Source of the DNA: an uncultured Chloroflexia bacterium
GTDB taxonomy: Bacteria; Chloroflexota; Dehalococcoidia; DSTF01; WHTK01
NCBI GenBank assembly: GCA_963732945.1
Contig: CAVTBL010000017.1
Coordinates: 257,944-321,943 of the forward strand
Reading direction: 5' to 3'
Length of the DNA: 64,000 nucleotides
Within the stretch, counting starts at the first letter, position 1. Each line of letters begins with the position of its first letter. Below are positions 60,759-64,000 of the stretch, piece by piece. Below the pieces are notes generated by a model. The model saw only the letters and a list, made by a program, of their open reading frames with translations, was not told the DNA's origin and ran no database searches. A program made the translations under genes and the position numbers.

Positions 60759-61741
60759 GCTGCACCCCCTGCGTGTCGAGCCGGGGCCGCGGCTTGGGGC
60801 GCATCGGCTTCGGCGTGATGGCCCGTAAGGGCGAGGAAGACGTCGTCCATGCTGGGCTCGCGCACCGTGAGGCTGGTCGGCAGCAACGAGTCGCGCTCGA
60901 GGGCGCGCAGCACGTCGAACAGGGCGCGCGGGTCGCCGCTGGAGGCGATACGCACGAGCAGGCCGTCGCGCTCGACGCGCTTGCCGAACGGTTCGAGCAG
61001 CCCCGTGACCCTGCTCGCCGCCGCTTCGTCGGCCACGCCAATCTCGATCACCGTGGCGCCGAGCTGCGCCTTGAGCGCCGCGGGCTCGTCGTTGGCCACG
61101 ACGCCGCCCTTGTCCACGACGGCGATGCGGTTGGCGAGACGGTCCGCCTCTTCGAGATACTGCGTGGTCAGCAGGACGGTAGAGCCCTCGGCCACGAGCT
61201 CGTTGATCAGGTCCCACAGCTCGGTGCGACTCTGGATGTCGAGGCCCGTGGTCGGCTCGTCCAGGAAGAGGACGGGAGGCCGGGCAACCAGCGCCGCCGC
61301 GATGTCGAGCCGGCGCCGCATGCCGCCGGAGTAGGTGCGCACCGGTCGCCTGCCCGCGTCGACGAGGTCGAAGCGTTCGAGCAGCTCGGCGGCGCGCCGG
61401 CCGACGTCGCGCCAGGGCAACTGCCCCAGCTTGCCGACCAGCTTCAGGTTCTCTTCGCCGGTGAGGTTGGGGTCTACAGCAGCTGCCTGCCCCGCGAGGC
61501 CGATGCAGGATCGCACGGCGCCGGGCTCGCGGACGACGTCGTGGCCCATGACCGTGGCGCTGCCGCCGTCCGGGCGCAGGATCGTTGCGAGGATGCGGAT
61601 AATCGTGGTCTTACCGGCGCCGTTCGGTCCCAGGAGGCCGAACACGGTGCCGGACTTCACCTGGAAATCGACGCCGTTCAGTGCGGTGACGCTGCCGTAG
61701 TGCTTGGCGAGACCTTCGACGACGATTGCGTTTTCGGGCAT
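60755..61741 (-). CDS. ABC exporter ATPase (DrrA-like)
   Basis: GPNGAGKT, YSGGMRRR, LDEPTTGLD, TTQYLEEAD. Confidence 0.93.
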   Translation of the reverse strand: MPENAIVVEGLAKHYGSVTALNGVDFQVKSGTVFGLLGPNGAGKTTIIRILATILRPDGGSATVMGHDVVREPGAVRSCIGLAGQAAAVDPNLTGEENLKLVGKLGQLPWRDVGRRAAELLERFDLVDAGRRPVRTYSGGMRRRLDIAAALVARPPVLFLDEPTTGLDIQSRTELWDLINELVAEGSTVLLTTQYLEEADRLANRIAVVDKGGVVANDEPAALKAQLGATVIEIGVADEAAASRVTGLLEPFGKRVERDGLLVRIASSGDPRALFDVLRALERDSLLPTSLTVREPSMDDVFLALTGHHAEADAPQAAAPARHAGGAA

Positions 61742-61806
61742 AGGGACCTCTCGGACGTTTCGAGCGGTGCGTCGACCGCGTGCTGTACGGATCGAGTGTC
61801 TGCTGG

Positions 61807-61828
61807 ATACTTCAGGCATGTCAAGTAT
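61807..61828. promoter_or_regulatory. Candidate MarR operator
   Basis: ATACTTCA-N6-TCAAGTAT (one mismatch) in the AT-rich divergent promoter; weaker second site at 61841-61862. Confidence 0.5.
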
Positions 61829-61888
61829 TCATAAGCCTGTATTGTTAAAGCTATTGAAATAATTTGAGGCCGGGGCTAGGATTCATGC

Positions 61889-62374
61889 GTGAACCAGGAC
61901 AAGCAGTCGTTGGCGGCCGAAGTCTGGCGTCGCTTCTTTGGCTTCTTTATGAGCACGCGGCATCAGCGAGACTCCACCCTCGAGCGGCTCAGCCTCACGC
62001 CCAACGACGCACGCGCCTTCTACAGCCTCAGCGAGACGCAGGGCCGCACGATGCGATCGCTGGCCGAAGAGTGGGGCTGCGACGCCTCGAACGCCACCTG
62101 GATCGTCGACCGCCTCGAGAAACGGGGCTACGCGGAGCGTCAGACGCCGAAGGACCGGCGCGTCAAGCTCGTCGTCCTGACACCGCTCGGCGCCGAGACA
62201 CGGGCGAATCTGCTGCAGAGCTTCACGGAGCCGCCACCACAGCTCCTCAACCTCAGCGCCGCGCAGCTCAAGGCGCTATCGAAGGCGCTCCAGCCCTTGA
62301 ATGACGGCGCCTACGGACCCTTCGAGGACCGTCCCACGCGACCCGCAGGCGCACGGGGAGAGTCTCCGGAATAA
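61889..62374 (+). CDS. MarR family transcriptional regulator
   Basis: CDASNATWIVDRLEKRG..DRRVK..LTPLG; divergent from the exporter. Confidence 0.92.
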   Translation: MNQDKQSLAAEVWRRFFGFFMSTRHQRDSTLERLSLTPNDARAFYSLSETQGRTMRSLAEEWGCDASNATWIVDRLEKRGYAERQTPKDRRVKLVVLTPLGAETRANLLQSFTEPPPQLLNLSAAQLKALSKALQPLNDGAYGPFEDRPTRPAGARGESPE

Positions 62375-62390
62375 CGGCAGCGAGCGCCGA

Positions 62391-63434
62391 TCAGGCTGCG
62401 AGCGCCGTCAGCCCCTTCGTCCGGCAGACCCGGTTACGACCGGCTTGCTTCGCCTCGTACAGAGCGGAGTCCGCGGCCGCGAACACGGTCCGGTAGACGA
62501 ACGGCTCGTCGCCACACGACGCGGCAACGCCCAGGCTCATGGTCACGTCGTGGCCGCCGTGCGGTACCGACGCAATCGCGAGGCGTACGTCCTCGGCACG
62601 CGCGGCAGCCTGCTCCACGTCGGCGCCAGGCAGCAGGATCAAGAACTCTTCGCCGCCGGTGCGATAGATCAGGTCGTAGGCCCGCATCGCCTTTCGCAGC
62701 TCGTAGGCCACGTCCTTAAGGACGATGTCGCCCGCGGCGTGACCGAAGGTGTCGTTGATCCGCTTGAAGTGGTCGAGGTCCGCGGTGATGACGCCGACTG
62801 GTTGGCGAGTCAGGAGAGCCTGCTGCTCCAGCTCAGCAACTCGTGTCGCGAGAGCGGCGCGATTGAGCAGGCCGGTGAGTGGATCGATAACTGCCGCAGT
62901 GCGGTAGTGCACCTCGGAACGCATCAGCACGGTCTGGAACATCGATACGCACAGGAGCAGCGTGATCGGCGCAATGACGAGCGGCGGATTATCGACCACG
63001 GCTCCGGCGTCGACGCCGAACGCGACGGACAGAAGCAGCACTACCGCGATCGCCGTGCCCGCCACGATACCGCGCTCCGAGAAGCGGGCTCCTACGGTTA
63101 GCAGAGGTATCGCGAACCAGGACATCGTGGGTATGGTCGGCCCGCCGCTGAGCGCGACGCTCAGGGCCATGATCACTTCCGAGGCAATCCAGGCGGCGAC
63201 AAGGGCGTTCTCAGGCCGCCTCAAGCTGTCGTAGTTGGTCTCGGCCAGGCGGAAGAGCACGGCGCTCACAAGTACCGGCGCCAACGTCCACCATCCCAGC
63301 CACGGCCCGCAGGCTATGAGCGCGATTGAGATCAGGACGAACACCGCGGTCCTTACCGGGCGAAGTCTTCGGTCCAGCTCGAGCATGCGAGCACGGTCCA
63401 CGCCGCCACCAAACAGCCATGAGCTGTCTCTCAT
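62391..63434 (-). CDS. Membrane-bound diguanylate cyclase (GGDEF)
   Basis: DPLTGLLNR, DLDHFKRINDTFGHAAGD, RTGGEEF, ALYEAK..GRN. Confidence 0.94.
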   Translation of the reverse strand: MRDSSWLFGGGVDRARMLELDRRLRPVRTAVFVLISIALIACGPWLGWWTLAPVLVSAVLFRLAETNYDSLRRPENALVAAWIASEVIMALSVALSGGPTIPTMSWFAIPLLTVGARFSERGIVAGTAIAVVLLLSVAFGVDAGAVVDNPPLVIAPITLLLCVSMFQTVLMRSEVHYRTAAVIDPLTGLLNRAALATRVAELEQQALLTRQPVGVITADLDHFKRINDTFGHAAGDIVLKDVAYELRKAMRAYDLIYRTGGEEFLILLPGADVEQAAARAEDVRLAIASVPHGGHDVTMSLGVAASCGDEPFVYRTVFAAADSALYEAKQAGRNRVCRTKGLTALAA

Positions 63435-63537
63435 AACTTCAAGGTCGACGGCCTGGCAACGGCCAGAAAGGGACGAAAGGCACCTATCGGCTAAATAGTC
63501 GACGAGCACGATGTTTCGGCCGAAGCCGCGCGTCGCG

Positions 63538-64000
63538 TCAGCCCAACTGAGACGAGACCTCGCCCTTGACGGACGCGGCGCCGACCGTCTCGGTAGCGGC
63601 GTTCATGCCGGCGATACGACCCTGGACGACGCAGCGGGCGAGGCCGTGCTGGCTGAAGCCGCCCGCGGACTCGCCGCCACAGTAGAGGCCCGGTATCACC
63701 TCGCCCGAGAGGTCGACGACCTGGCACTGCGCGTTGATCCGCAGACCGACGCGCGTGTCGTGCACCACCGGAGTCGACCAGGCGGCGTAGAACGGCGGCA
63801 CCTCGATCCTGTACCTGGGCGACGGCTTCTCGAAATCGGGGTCGGCGCCGCCGTCGACGAAGCTGTTGTAGCGGCGCACCGTCTCGGCCAACACCTCGGG
63901 CGGCATCGGCTCGCGCACGTACTGGTTGTCGAGCTTCGCCGCCAGCTCCTCGATCGTGTCGGCGCTGTAGAAGAAGCCCTGCTCGCGGTCGACATGTGGC
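63538..64000 (-). CDS. C-terminus of an FAD_binding_2 flavoprotein (fumarate reductase/3-ketosteroid dehydrogenase-like), partial
   Basis: ADTIEELA, TVRRYN, PPFYAA, GLRIN, VIPGLYCGGE, GRIAG. Confidence 0.85.
   Translation of the reverse strand, partial: PHVDREQGFFYSADTIEELAAKLDNQYVREPMPPEVLAETVRRYNSFVDGGADPDFEKPSPRYRIEVPPFYAAWSTPVVHDTRVGLRINAQCQVVDLSGEVIPGLYCGGESAGGFSQHGLARCVVQGRIAGMNAATETVGAASVKGEVSSQLG

Overview
High-GC bacterial chromosomal window. Gene content (several LLM/F420-type oxidoreductases, a Rieske oxygenase, a MetE-like protein, EF-G2) suggests Chloroflexota, probably Dehalococcoidia-like; this is inference. It holds about 64 CDSs: housekeeping genes (fusA2, recF, tsaD, fabF, pseudouridine synthase, class A PBP), a MazEF-type toxin-antitoxin pair, an iron-chelate/cobalamin-class ABC importer, c-di-GMP enzymes and a catabolic oxidoreductase block. 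No rRNA, tRNA, CRISPR array or intact transposase was seen. Four things stand out. (1) A two-domain sulfurtransferase has an in-frame TGA at its active-site codon, followed by an fdhF-like SECIS hairpin, so it is a probable selenoprotein that the ORF track truncates. (2) A four-gene SipW/TasA-type fibre operon includes a TasA-like domain fused to a polytopic membrane domain. (3) A hemA-ahbAB-AKR-chdC operon looks like a hybrid heme pathway with no radical-SAM AhbC/AhbD in the cluster. (4) A ~155-bp composite repeat ending in a GTAG-type REP palindrome sits at gene ends and supplies stop codons and C-terminal peptides. Several single-base frameshifts are most simply explained as sequencing or assembly errors. 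All calls are from motif recognition by eye; no searches were run.
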